The translations under genes were made by a program, and so were the position numbers. A stretch of DNA of 59,501 nt from an uncultured Clostridium sp. (lineage in GTDB: Bacteria; Bacillota; Clostridia; TANB77; CAG-508): the NCBI GenBank assembly GCA_964618105.1, contig CAZUAJ010000002.1, positions 1 to 59,501 on the forward strand, given 5' to 3'. Positions 29,193 to 38,605 of the stretch are shown piece after piece; the stretch's first letter is position 1, and each line of letters starts with the position of its first letter. The notes under the pieces are model-generated. The model did no database searches, was not told the origin of the DNA, and saw only the letters and a program-made list of their open reading frames with translations.

Positions 29193-30272
29193 TTAATTAT
29201 CTAAAATCGAAAGACCTATTTCTAATATTTCATCTAGTTCTTCCTGTGTATAATTATTTTTACCTAATTCATTTATAATTTCATTTATAAAAATTCCTTT
29301 TAGAGTATTTTCATTTGCCATTTTTTCTAAACTATAATTTAATTTTGTTTTATTTTTAATTTTTATAATATTTTCTTTATTTATAAATCTTAGTATATTA
29401 TTTATATTTATTTCAAATTTTCTTTTTCCCATTAATATTACTTTATATAAATTATTTACATCTAATTGAATATTATTTATTATTTCTATTAATTCTTCTT
29501 CATCATTTATTTCAGTTGTGTCTAATTCTATTTCTTTAAATTCTCTATTATCTGCAAAGATAAATGCTATTTCAGTTTTACCTTTTTCAATATTTCCAAC
29601 AATAAATCCATGTTTTCCAAGTTCATCAAATCCCATGGAAATTGTTGAGCCTGGGTATACTATGTTTTGATTTTCTTCTTCATTATAATCTAATTTATGT
29701 ATATGTCCAAGTGCAACATAATCAAATCCTATTTCTTTTAGTTTGTTTTTATTTATAGGATTATACTGTAACTGCAATTTATCACTTGCATTTATACTTC
29801 CATGTGTAATTAAAATGTTAATTTTATTTTTATCTTCTAATATTATTTTTTCTACATTAGAATTTTCACAATAAAAATCGTCAAAACCAAAGCCATAAAT
29901 ATTTGCTTCATTAGTTTCCACTTTTTCTATTTTAGATGTAAATATCTTTACGTTTTCGTTCCATTCATAATTATTATACATTGAATTTAAAACATAAGGG
30001 TCATGATTTCCTGGTGCAATAAATATTTTAGTTTCTGGTATTTTTTTAAATAATTCATTTATATATTCTATTGTGCTTTTTCTAATATAATTATGTTCAT
30101 ATAAATCTCCTGCTATAAATAAATATTCAATTTCATTTTCCTTAATATAATTTATTATTTTATTAAATACTTGTCTTTGATCTAATCTTCTTATTTTGCC
30201 ATAATTTCCTTTTTGACTTAAATTTGTAAATGGTGTATCAAAGTGCATATCTGCTATATGTAAAAATTTCAT
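29193..30272 (-). CDS. SbcD/YhaO-like metallophosphoesterase (DNA repair exonuclease family)
   Basis: MKFLHIADMHFD, FIAGDLYEH, GNHDP and ALGHIHK calcineurin-like motifs. Immediately upstream of the ATPase gene. Confidence 0.7.
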   Translation of the reverse strand: MKFLHIADMHFDTPFTNLSQKGNYGKIRRLDQRQVFNKIINYIKENEIEYLFIAGDLYEHNYIRKSTIEYINELFKKIPETKIFIAPGNHDPYVLNSMYNNYEWNENVKIFTSKIEKVETNEANIYGFGFDDFYCENSNVEKIILEDKNKINILITHGSINASDKLQLQYNPINKNKLKEIGFDYVALGHIHKLDYNEEENQNIVYPGSTISMGFDELGKHGFIVGNIEKGKTEIAFIFADNREFKEIELDTTEINDEEELIEIINNIQLDVNNLYKVILMGKRKFEININNILRFINKENIIKIKNKTKLNYSLEKMANENTLKGIFINEIINELGKNNYTQEELDEILEIGLSILDN

Positions 30273-30335
30273 GTTTCCTCCAATATAATTATTATTTTGT
30301 TTTTATTTTTTAATTTTTAATTTTTAATTTTATTT

Positions 30336-30500
30336 TTAATTTTAATTCTTAATTTTAATTCTTAATTTTTATTTTAATTTTTAATTTTTAATTTTAATTC
30401 TTAATTTTAATTCTTAATTTTAATTCTTAATTTTAATTCTTAATTTTAATTTTTATTTTAATTTTTATTTTAATTTTTATTTTAATTTTTATTTTAATTT
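30336..30500. repeat. Tandem repeat array of a 13-mer TTAATTTTAATTC and a 12-mer TTATTTTAATTT
   Basis: 13-mer copies at 30336, 30349, 30388, 30401, 30414 and 30427, plus a variant at 30440. 12-mer copies at 30453, 30465, 30477 and 30489. Counted directly. Confidence 0.85.
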
Positions 30501-30954
30501 TTTGTTTTTTAATTTTATTTTATTTTTATTAATTAATTTCTTTTTATCCTTTAAATGTTTTTATCTATTTTTGTTATTTTATATTATATTATTTTTTTAG
30601 TCAATACCTAGTTTTGATTTTGTCATTTTGTTACTTTTTTAATTTTTAATTATTGCTTTTTTAATACTATTATTATTTAGAATTTATTAAAATTTAATTT
30701 TTCCGTTTTTATGTCTACCTTTAAACTATTTTCGACATTTTTATATGTTTTTCTTTCCCCCGTTAGGTTACAGCAGTTTTTTTTAGACCTTTTAGACCAA
30801 TTTTTGATTATATTTTTTTTATTTTTATTTTAAGTAATACTTATTTTTTTAAATTTTCATTGTTTTAATTTTCGTTTTTTGTCTTTTTGGTTTATTACTT
30901 TTAAATTTATATATATTTGTATTGGTTATCAAATTCATCCTATTCACTTTGCTT

Positions 30955-31113
30955 ATTTATTAAATAATTAATTAATTATTTATTTAATTATTTATTTATT
31001 TATTTAATTATTTATTTATTTAATTATTTATTTAATTATTTATTTAATTAATTAATTATTTATTTAATTAATTATTTATTTAATTATTTATTATTTATTA
31101 TTTATTATTTATC
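30955..31113. repeat. Imperfect tandem repeats built from AATTATTTATTT-type 12-mers, ending in four TATTTAT 7-mers
   Basis: Direct reading: ...aattatttatttaattatttatttatttatttaatt... then tatttattatttattatttattatttatc. Confidence 0.8.
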
Positions 31114-31152
31114 AAAAAAAATAAATGATAATTATTTATCATTTATTTTTTT
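31114..31152 (-). terminator. Terminator after the coupling-protein gene
   Basis: aaataaatgataa-ttat-ttatcatttattt hairpin followed by a U-run on the minus strand, 3 nt after the stop at 31155. Confidence 0.5.
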
Positions 31153-31154
31153 AT

Positions 31155-33188
31155 TTATTCTTCATCTATTGGTCCAAATAATTCATCAAATTTTGCTTCT
31201 AATTCTTTTTGAACATCTACAGAAAATACTTCTGTTTCTTCATCATCTTGTGGTAATATTGGAGCATCTTCTTTAATATTTTCTATTGTTGTTTTATTTT
31301 CTGTTTCTAACGGTTTATCAAATTTTTCTTCAACTTGATTATTTCCTTTATTATTTTCTTTTATGTTATCATCTATATCATCTTCAAATAAATCATCTAA
31401 GGATTCTACTTTTAAATCGTTCTTTTTAGTGTTTTCTTCGTCTTCCACATAAGGATTATATGGATTATATTTTCTCCATTTTCCCCTATCTCCAATATTA
31501 AAATCCAAGTGATTTAATGTATATTCTGATAATTTTTTAACCATCTGACTTTCAAAATAATAATATTTTTTAGCTTTAATTGGTTTAATACCTTTTTCAT
31601 AAATAATACAGTCGTCATTGTCCATTCTTCTTAATTCGTCAGGAGTCATTAATGCTCTTGCTAATATTTGATCAGATTCACTAAGTCCTTGTCTATGATA
31701 CTGCTTATCTCTATTTATTGATATACTATCTCTTGTAATTGTTTTTTCGCCTAAAGCTTTTGAAAAATATTCTACTGTTTTATATGAGTTACTTCCTAAA
31801 AATACATGTGTATCACAGTTACCCATAATTGTTTCATAAGATTTTTCATATACAGCTTCTAATTGGTCTAAGTTTTGTAATATAACACTAAATGAAATTC
31901 CCCTACTTCTACTTGTTGATATTTTTTTATCAAAATCTGGTATTTTACCAATATTAGCAAACTCGTCACATATAAAGAATGTTGGAACTTTTAGTCTTCC
32001 ACCATTTGCATCAGCAAAATTATATAACTGTTGTATCATTTGAGAGAAAAATATTGTTAATAAAAAGTCATAAGCTGTATGTGTATCTGAAGATATAACA
32101 TATACTGCTGTTTTTTTACTTCCAATTTGTTCAAAGTCAATTGTATCAGTTGAAGTTACTTCCGCAATTTCTTTTGAATCAAATTTTCCTAGCTTAGATT
32201 GCAATGAACTTAAAATTGAACCATAAGTCTTTTCAGGTGCTATTTCAATTGATTTGTAATACATTCTGGCTGGATGGTCATAAGGTAATTGATTTATGAG
32301 TTCTGTTAATAAATTGCTTCCACCATTTGTATTAGCTGCTCTTACTAATTCTGCACAACTTGCTAAATTTTGTTCTTCTTCTGGTCTAGTAGCCATTAAA
32401 TAATAGATTAACGACTTTAATAGCATTTCTGCCATGTCGTCCCAATATGGGTCTGAACTACTTCCTGCTTCTGATTTTTGCCCTTTTACAATTGTATTTG
32501 CAATAACGTCAACATCTATTTCACTTGAAATATGCATTAAAGGGTTATAACCATCACTATTTGCTGGATTTACTAAGTTTAATACTTTAATTTCATAGCC
32601 ATTTTTTTCTAAAAATCCGGCTGTTTTATCATATAATTCACCTTTTGGATCTGTAAATACGTAAGAACCTAACATTTGGTATGCATTTGGTATTGAATAT
32701 GATGCTGATTTACCAGAACCAGATCCACCCACTACCAATACATTTACGTTTCCTCTTTTATCTACTGGCAAATAATGATTTTGTGCTAATAAAATTCCTT
32801 TGTTTTTACTTAAAATTTGGTATTGTTCTCCACCTTCGCACCAATCACTTGATCCGTGTTCAATGTCTTTATATTCACTTTTAGCTTTTGACCTAAATAA
32901 ACCTATTGTTGAAAAAATTAAATATATAATTGTATAATAAGCTAAAGTTTTTAAAAAAACATTTATATATTTTTCACTAAATATTTCTGTAAAAGTATTG
33001 AAACTTTTTATACTTTTAAAAACATTTTGTATAAATTCACTAAAATCAAAAATTCCATTGTTAGTTGACTCAACAATGGAATATGAAATTGGTGCAACAA
33101 GTATTACAGCTAAAATTAACCATAATACAGCTATTATTATTAAACTTTTTTTGTTATCTTTTAATGTTTTTTTTACTTTTACGTTCAT
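31155..33188 (-). CDS. Type IV secretion coupling protein (VirD4/TraG/TraD family ATPase) with acidic C-terminal tail
   Basis: Two N-terminal TM helices. Walker A is VVGGSGSGKSASYSIPN. Also FTDPKGELY, and FFICDEFANIGKIPDFDKKISTSRSRGISFSVILQNLDQLEAVY (Walker B / TraG-D_C). The last about 100 aa are D/E-rich. The ATG at 33188 has a better RBS (AAAGGTGATAAAAGTT) than the GTG at 33200. Confidence 0.8.
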   Translation of the reverse strand: MNVKVKKTLKDNKKSLIIIAVLWLILAVILVAPISYSIVESTNNGIFDFSEFIQNVFKSIKSFNTFTEIFSEKYINVFLKTLAYYTIIYLIFSTIGLFRSKAKSEYKDIEHGSSDWCEGGEQYQILSKNKGILLAQNHYLPVDKRGNVNVLVVGGSGSGKSASYSIPNAYQMLGSYVFTDPKGELYDKTAGFLEKNGYEIKVLNLVNPANSDGYNPLMHISSEIDVDVIANTIVKGQKSEAGSSSDPYWDDMAEMLLKSLIYYLMATRPEEEQNLASCAELVRAANTNGGSNLLTELINQLPYDHPARMYYKSIEIAPEKTYGSILSSLQSKLGKFDSKEIAEVTSTDTIDFEQIGSKKTAVYVISSDTHTAYDFLLTIFFSQMIQQLYNFADANGGRLKVPTFFICDEFANIGKIPDFDKKISTSRSRGISFSVILQNLDQLEAVYEKSYETIMGNCDTHVFLGSNSYKTVEYFSKALGEKTITRDSISINRDKQYHRQGLSESDQILARALMTPDELRRMDNDDCIIYEKGIKPIKAKKYYYFESQMVKKLSEYTLNHLDFNIGDRGKWRKYNPYNPYVEDEENTKKNDLKVESLDDLFEDDIDDNIKENNKGNNQVEEKFDKPLETENKTTIENIKEDAPILPQDDEETEVFSVDVQKELEAKFDELFGPIDEE

Positions 33189-33213
33189 AACTTTTATCAC
33201 CTTTTCTTTGGTT

Positions 33214-33546
33214 TTATCTATCTACTTCTACTTCTCTTTTTGATTTAGAAATTTTGGCTTGCATTTTGTCTTTTTTATTTTTATGTTCTAATATTTTTTT
33301 AAATGCCTTTTCGCTTTTCATTGAAATAACTGTTCCGTCTGATTTTACAAGTTCATTTTTATCATTTACATAAGATTCTCCAACATAAAGTTCAACATTA
33401 CCTTGTTCTTCAACATAACTTGGTATTATCTCAAACACTTGAGATTTTGGAGGAATTTCTAAAGTTTTTTCTGTTGCTTTAAATGCACTTCCAGCAATGC
33501 TTACTGTGCTTTTTGATTCTTTTGAATGTACAGTTGTACTGCTCAT
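33214..33546 (-). CDS. Hypothetical soluble protein (110 aa) with basic C-terminus
   Basis: GAAGGGAG RBS. 13 nt from the next gene in the coupling-protein operon. No family recognised. Confidence 0.5.
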   Translation of the reverse strand: MSSTTVHSKESKSTVSIAGSAFKATEKTLEIPPKSQVFEIIPSYVEEQGNVELYVGESYVNDKNELVKSDGTVISMKSEKAFKKILEHKNKKDKMQAKISKSKREVEVDR

Positions 33547-33560
33547 ATAAATACTCCCTT

Positions 33561-34085
33561 CTATTTTCCTTCTTTATTCTCTCTAATTTCAAATGCAAAA
33601 TATGACTTATATGGTTTTAATTTGCATTTTCCTTTTACTTCATTTGTTTCTTGATCCAAATATAGAACTGGCTTTACTTCTTCTGTGGTTTCCGGGTCTA
33701 TAATTGATATTGGCCTTTTTAAGTCAGGCGTATATTTAAAGTCTTTATATTCTTGCTCTTGCTCTGAATATAAAGTATCAAACTTAATTGGTATAGGACG
33801 TTTAGCTATTTTTACTTTGTTTTCTTCTAGAATTCCCATATTTATAACTACTTTATCTTGTCCAAAAGATAAAATTACTAATTCTTCATCATTTTCTGGT
33901 TCATCTACAAAAAATGTTTTCTTTTTTAAATTTCCATTTAGCTCTTCAGCATATTCTAAACGCTGTACTGTAAACTTTGGATAATCATTTAACAATTCTT
34001 TTGGTGTTTTGTTTACCCTATAAATTACTGTACTTACTCCTTGAGGATCTGTAATACTAAAGTGTTTACCTTGTATTTTGTCCAT
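33561..34085 (-). CDS. Hypothetical soluble protein (174 aa)
   Basis: AAAGGAGAGAAAAG RBS. First gene of the three-gene unit ending with the coupling protein. No family recognised. Confidence 0.5.
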   Translation of the reverse strand: MDKIQGKHFSITDPQGVSTVIYRVNKTPKELLNDYPKFTVQRLEYAEELNGNLKKKTFFVDEPENDEELVILSFGQDKVVINMGILEENKVKIAKRPIPIKFDTLYSEQEQEYKDFKYTPDLKRPISIIDPETTEEVKPVLYLDQETNEVKGKCKLKPYKSYFAFEIRENKEGK

Positions 34086-34210
34086 CTTTTCTCTCCTTTT
34101 CTATGAATTGCTTGATAATACATAGTTCATCTTTTGTTAAATTCTGTCACTACATTAAATTATAGTACATTTTTAGCTTTATGTCAATATTTCGAGCTTT
34201 AATTTTTATG

Positions 34211-35110
34211 TTAACTATGTATTTCTCTTGGATTATATTTTGATATTTCTTTTAGTTGTTCAAATATTTTCTTTTCTTTTTCTGTAATTTGTTTTGGTAC
34301 CATTATTTGAATATTTACAAACAAATCGCCTCTTCCACCTTTTCCGTCAAGGTAACCTTTTCCTTTTATACAAATATTTTCTCCACTTTCTGTTCCTTGT
34401 GGTATATATATTAACATTTCTTCATCTATTGCCGAAATATTCAATTTAGCTCCCAAAACCGCTTCCCATGAAGTAATGTATAAAGTAGTATATAAGTCAA
34501 CACCATTTAACTTAAACTTTTTATCATTTTGAATGTGAATTTTTATTAATAAATCTCCTGCTTTACCACCATTTTCACCTTGTTTTCCTTGCCCTACCAT
34601 TCTAATTTTTTCTTCATTTCTAATTCCCGCTGGTATTTTAATTTTAAATTCTCTCATTTTTCCGTCTACTGCTCTTAATGCCAATTTCTTCTCTGCTCCA
34701 TAAAAGGCATCTAAAATAGATACTGAAATTTCAGTTTCTATATTTTCGCCATTTTTCATTATTTTTTCATTTTTATTTTTTGTTTTTTCTTTTTGTTCTA
34801 CTTCTCCAAAAAACATTTCAAAAAATCTTGTAAAAATTGGCTTTTTTTCTTTTTGAGCTTGTTCCTTGTTTTTTTGTTTTTTTCCTATACGAGAATTCCA
34901 CATTCTGTCATACTTTCGTTTTGAACTTGAATTTGACAATGTTTTATATGCTTCATTTATATCTTTAAATCTTTCTTCTGCAAAATTACTTGTAGTATTA
35001 ATGTCTGGATGATATTTTTTTGCTTGCTCTCTATATGCTTGTTTTATTTCTTCTATTGTTACATTGCTATTTTTTAGCCCTAATATTTTATAATAATCTT
35101 TGAAAATCAT
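34211..35110 (-). CDS. J-domain co-chaperone, CbpA-like (DnaJ without zinc-finger domain)
   Basis: DYYKILGL...YREQAKKYHPDIN (HPD) J-domain. DnaJ C-terminal beta-domains are present (GENIETEISVSILDAFYG..., GDLLIKIHI..., GDLFVNIQIMVP). There is no CxxCxGxG repeat. Confidence 0.8.
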   Translation of the reverse strand: MIFKDYYKILGLKNSNVTIEEIKQAYREQAKKYHPDINTTSNFAEERFKDINEAYKTLSNSSSKRKYDRMWNSRIGKKQKNKEQAQKEKKPIFTRFFEMFFGEVEQKEKTKNKNEKIMKNGENIETEISVSILDAFYGAEKKLALRAVDGKMREFKIKIPAGIRNEEKIRMVGQGKQGENGGKAGDLLIKIHIQNDKKFKLNGVDLYTTLYITSWEAVLGAKLNISAIDEEMLIYIPQGTESGENICIKGKGYLDGKGGRGDLFVNIQIMVPKQITEKEKKIFEQLKEISKYNPREIHS

Positions 35111-35212
35111 TTAGATTTCCCCCTAGAATGCTTCTTTAATTTTTCCGTCTTTTGTTATGTACATTATTATATCATATCTTTTTTATGTTTTAAATACTTT
35201 ATTTGCAATTAA

Positions 35213-35773
35213 TTATAAAGATTTTAATTTATTTACAGTTAATATACTGTTAAAATGAGGTTCTTCTTTTCTTTCTTTTGTCTTATTTATAGCAAATTCA
35301 ATAATATATACAACACATTTATTTATATTTTCATAAGCTAAATTTCTTACAATTTCCAAATCTTGATAAGACCTTGTTTCTTCTATTTTATCTGCGACAA
35401 AAACAATTTTATCTAATAAATTCATATTAGGGTTACCTGTTGTATGATATTCTACTGCTTTTTGTATTTCTTTAGATAAATTATATTTTTCTTTAGCTAT
35501 ACTTGCACCTATTTTGGCGTGTAATAAACCTAAATTTTTTTGTTCAATTTTATCAATTTTAATATTATATTTTTTAGCATATTCTAATTTTTCTTCGTCT
35601 GTCATTTCTTTTGCTATATCATGTATAAGTCCTGCTATTTTAGCAGTTTCCACATTTACTCTGTAATATTTTGCAAGTTCTTCTGCTGATTTCATTGTTC
35701 CTATTGAATGTAAGTATCTTTTTTCCGATAATATATTTTGTAAGTCTTTTTTTATTTGTTCAATTTCATTCAT
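35213..35773 (-). CDS. yqeK: HD-domain bis(5'-nucleosyl)-tetraphosphatase YqeK-like
   Basis: RYLHSIGTMKSAEELA...AGLIHDIAKE and FVADKIE motifs. About 186 aa, as for YqeK. Confidence 0.7.
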   Translation of the reverse strand: MNEIEQIKKDLQNILSEKRYLHSIGTMKSAEELAKYYRVNVETAKIAGLIHDIAKEMTDEEKLEYAKKYNIKIDKIEQKNLGLLHAKIGASIAKEKYNLSKEIQKAVEYHTTGNPNMNLLDKIVFVADKIEETRSYQDLEIVRNLAYENINKCVVYIIEFAINKTKERKEEPHFNSILTVNKLKSL

Positions 35774-35790
35774 AATTATTCCAATCTATT

Positions 35791-36849
35791 TTAATTTTGA
35801 GCTAATTTTATTAATTCGTCTAATAATTTTGTATATTCTATTCCACATTGTTCCCATAATTTAGGGTACATACTAATTTGTGTAAAGCCTGGCAAGGTAT
35901 TAATTTCATTTATATATACCTTATTATCACTTTTTCTTATAAAAAAATCTACTCTTGCTAGCCCTTTTCCATCTACTGCTTTAAATGCTTTAATTGCTAT
36001 TTTTTTTATTTCTTCTTGTTTTTCTTCTTCAATTTCTGCTGGAATTACCACTCTTGACTCTGCATTTTTATATTTAGCATCAAAAGTGTAAAAGTCTTCT
36101 GCTGGTAAAATTTCTCCTACACAAGTAGCTTTTACATCTGTATTTCCAAGTACTGCACATTCTATTTCTCTACCTATTATTTCTTCTTCAATTAATATTT
36201 TTGTATCATATTTACTTGCATATTCTATTGCTTTTTTTAATTCACTTATACTATTAGCTTTTTTTATTCCAACTGAAGAACCAGAATTTGATGGCTTAAC
36301 AAAAACAGGAAAGCCTAATTTTTTTTCTGTTTTTTGAGCAATAGTTTCTAAAGTTAATTTTTCTTCTTCAAAATTTTCACAAACATAAGTATATTCTCCT
36401 TCTTCAGCTTTTACATAAACATATTTTGCTTGCGGAATTTTTGCTTTTCCAAATATAATTTTCGCATACACTTTATCCATACATATACTTGAACTAAGCA
36501 CTTTACAACCTACATATTTTACATTTAATAATTCTAATAGACCTTGTATAGTTCCATCTTCCCCATATAGTCCATGTAATACTGGAAATGCTATGTCTAA
36601 GCCCTTTAAATACTCAAATTCATTTTCTATTTTCTCTATTTCTGTTATTTTATCTCCTACATGTAATGCCTCAATTTCTTCTATATTTTTTTTGTATTTG
36701 AACCATTTTCCTTCTTGCGAAATATATATTGGTAAAATTTCATATTTTTCTTTTGATAAATTTTTTATAATAGAGGTTCCTGATGAAATTGAAACATCAT
36801 GCTCTGTTGACATTCCACCAAATATAACTCCTACTTTTAATTTATTCAT
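35791..36849 (-). CDS. ddl: D-alanine--D-alanine ligase
   Basis: MNKLKVGVIFGGMSTEHDVSISSG..., FPVLHGLYGEDGTIQGLLE, and an ATP-grasp C-terminus ending EINTLPGFT. The ORF is open to 36888, but the ATG at 36849 follows AAAGGAA. Confidence 0.9.
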   Translation of the reverse strand: MNKLKVGVIFGGMSTEHDVSISSGTSIIKNLSKEKYEILPIYISQEGKWFKYKKNIEEIEALHVGDKITEIEKIENEFEYLKGLDIAFPVLHGLYGEDGTIQGLLELLNVKYVGCKVLSSSICMDKVYAKIIFGKAKIPQAKYVYVKAEEGEYTYVCENFEEEKLTLETIAQKTEKKLGFPVFVKPSNSGSSVGIKKANSISELKKAIEYASKYDTKILIEEEIIGREIECAVLGNTDVKATCVGEILPAEDFYTFDAKYKNAESRVVIPAEIEEEKQEEIKKIAIKAFKAVDGKGLARVDFFIRKSDNKVYINEINTLPGFTQISMYPKLWEQCGIEYTKLLDELIKLAQN

Positions 36850-36900
36850 ATTACAAATCATTCCTTTCATATTTTTAGACATATTCAATTTTTGAAAATT

Positions 36901-38280
36901 TTAGCAAATAGCTTCACAAATTTCTGTAAAATTTAAACTGTTTGAAGCTTTTAATAAAACAGTATCTTCATTCTTTAAATTTTCATTTAATATATTAATT
37001 GCTTCTTTATTTGAACTACAATTAAATATGTTTTTAATTCCACCCTTTTCTGCTTCTTTGGCAATATTTACTGCTTCGTTTCCAACACAAATAAGTATAT
37101 CAATTTTATTTTCTGCAACTACTTTTCCTACCTTTTCATGTAATTCTTGACTATATTCTCCTAATTCTAACATATCTCCTAATACTGCAATTTTTCTTGA
37201 ATTAGGCAATTTTCCTAAATAATCTAAAGCAGCTTTCATTGAATCATAATTAGCATTATAGCAATCATTTACAACTGTTGCTCCACATTTTGCTTTTTTT
37301 ATTTCCATTCTTTTTTTAGTAAGTTCAAAATTTTCTATTCCTTTTATTGCTTTTTCAATTGGAATATTAAATACTTTAGCAACAGCTAGCGCACATAAAC
37401 TATTTGACACAAAATGCTCTCCGCCTACTGGAATATGTACATTGTAAATATTATTTTCTATAATTGCTTCACATTCACTACCATTTTCATTAAACACAGC
37501 ATTTCTTCCTAAAATTATACTTCCTTCTTGTGTTCCATAGCTAACAATGTTGTAATTATTTTTTTCTTTTTCATACCAATTATGTAATAAATCATTATCA
37601 TAATTTACAACTACTGTTCCATTTTTATTTAATCCTTCTAATATTTCTAATTTTGCTTTTAATATATTTTCTCTTGAGCCTAAAATTCCAATATGAGCTG
37701 TTCCTATGTTTGTAATAACTGCAACATCTGGCTTTGCAATTTTTGAAAGTAAGCTTATTTCTCCAAATGAGTTCATTCCCATTTCAAGTACCATTACTTC
37801 TTCGTCTTTTAAGCTAAGTAAAGTTAGTGGCATGCCTATTTCATTATTGTAATTTCCTTGCGTTTTTAATACTTTGTATTTTTGTGAAAGCACACTTGCT
37901 ACAATATCTTTTGTACTCGTTTTTCCTACACTTCCCGTAATTGCAACAACTAGAATATTACACATACTTCTTTTGTATTTTGCCAATTCTTGCAACATCT
38001 TTACAGTATTTTCTACTAAAACTATCGTCGCTTTTGAGTATTTTTGTAATACATCTTTTGAAACTTCTACATTTTGCAATATGCAAGCCTTTGCTCCTTT
38101 TTCTAATGCTTGTTCATATAGCGTACTTCCATTAAAATTTTCTCCTTGAATTCCTAAATAAATTTCTCCTTTATTTAAAACTCTTGTGTCTTTACATAAT
38201 TTATCAAAAATTAAATTTTCATCACCTTGAATTAATTTTCCATTACACTTTTCTATAATATCTTTAATTGTTATCTTCAT
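36901..38280 (-). CDS. murF: UDP-N-acetylmuramoyl-tripeptide--D-alanyl-D-alanine ligase
   Basis: Mur ligase motifs (ITGSVGKTSTKD, NNEIGMP, LEMGMN). Lies directly upstream of ddl. Confidence 0.9.
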   Translation of the reverse strand: MKITIKDIIEKCNGKLIQGDENLIFDKLCKDTRVLNKGEIYLGIQGENFNGSTLYEQALEKGAKACILQNVEVSKDVLQKYSKATIVLVENTVKMLQELAKYKRSMCNILVVAITGSVGKTSTKDIVASVLSQKYKVLKTQGNYNNEIGMPLTLLSLKDEEVMVLEMGMNSFGEISLLSKIAKPDVAVITNIGTAHIGILGSRENILKAKLEILEGLNKNGTVVVNYDNDLLHNWYEKEKNNYNIVSYGTQEGSIILGRNAVFNENGSECEAIIENNIYNVHIPVGGEHFVSNSLCALAVAKVFNIPIEKAIKGIENFELTKKRMEIKKAKCGATVVNDCYNANYDSMKAALDYLGKLPNSRKIAVLGDMLELGEYSQELHEKVGKVVAENKIDILICVGNEAVNIAKEAEKGGIKNIFNCSSNKEAINILNENLKNEDTVLLKASNSLNFTEICEAIC

Positions 38281-38391
38281 ATTTACTCCTTTTTTAGTTA
38301 TATATTAATATATTATTCTTATATTATACATATTCTTTTTTTATTAGCAGTATTATATCATATTACAAAAATAAAATATATACTAGAACAC

Positions 38392-38426
38392 AAAAAATCA
38401 CTTTAGTAAAACTAAAGCGATTTTTT
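38392..38426 (-). terminator. Terminator after the SASP gene
   Basis: aaaaaatcactttag-taaaa-ctaaagcgatttttt. Confidence 0.55.
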
Positions 38427-38437
38427 GTAATTTGCAA

Positions 38438-38605
38438 CTATTCTGCTGTTCTGTTTGCAATTTCTATTGCCTTTGTAACAATATTGCCACAAGTTTTTGA
38501 TGGTACATTTCCCCATCCTCCATCTTGTTTTACCTGCTCATAAACACCAAGCTCTTTTGCAATTTCTTCTCTTAATTTATCAGAAATAAGTCCTTTATTT
38601 GCCAT
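38438..38605 (-). CDS. Small acid-soluble spore protein, alpha/beta-type-like (55 aa), not in the ORF track
   Basis: ATG at 38605 follows GGAGGTAAATACAAG. Translation MANKGLISDKLREEIAKELGVYEQVKQDGGWGNVPSKTCGNIVTKAIEIANRTAE resembles the two conserved SASP helices (..EIA.ELG.. and ..G..G.iv...IE.A). Confidence 0.6.
   Translation of the reverse strand: MANKGLISDKLREEIAKELGVYEQVKQDGGWGNVPSKTCGNIVTKAIEIANRTAE

Noticed and set aside
30336-30500. Possible CRISPR array suggested by regularly spaced repeats
   Set aside because: The units are 12-13 nt and directly abut each other with no unique spacers. There are no cas genes in the window. This is a simple tandem repeat, not a CRISPR.
30273-31154. 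Possible replication origin (AT-rich, repeated, gene-free)
   Set aside because: I found no DnaA-box-like sequence (TTATCCACA or its complement) and no dnaA, dnaN or rep gene nearby. It is kept only as a speculative option within the spacer finding.
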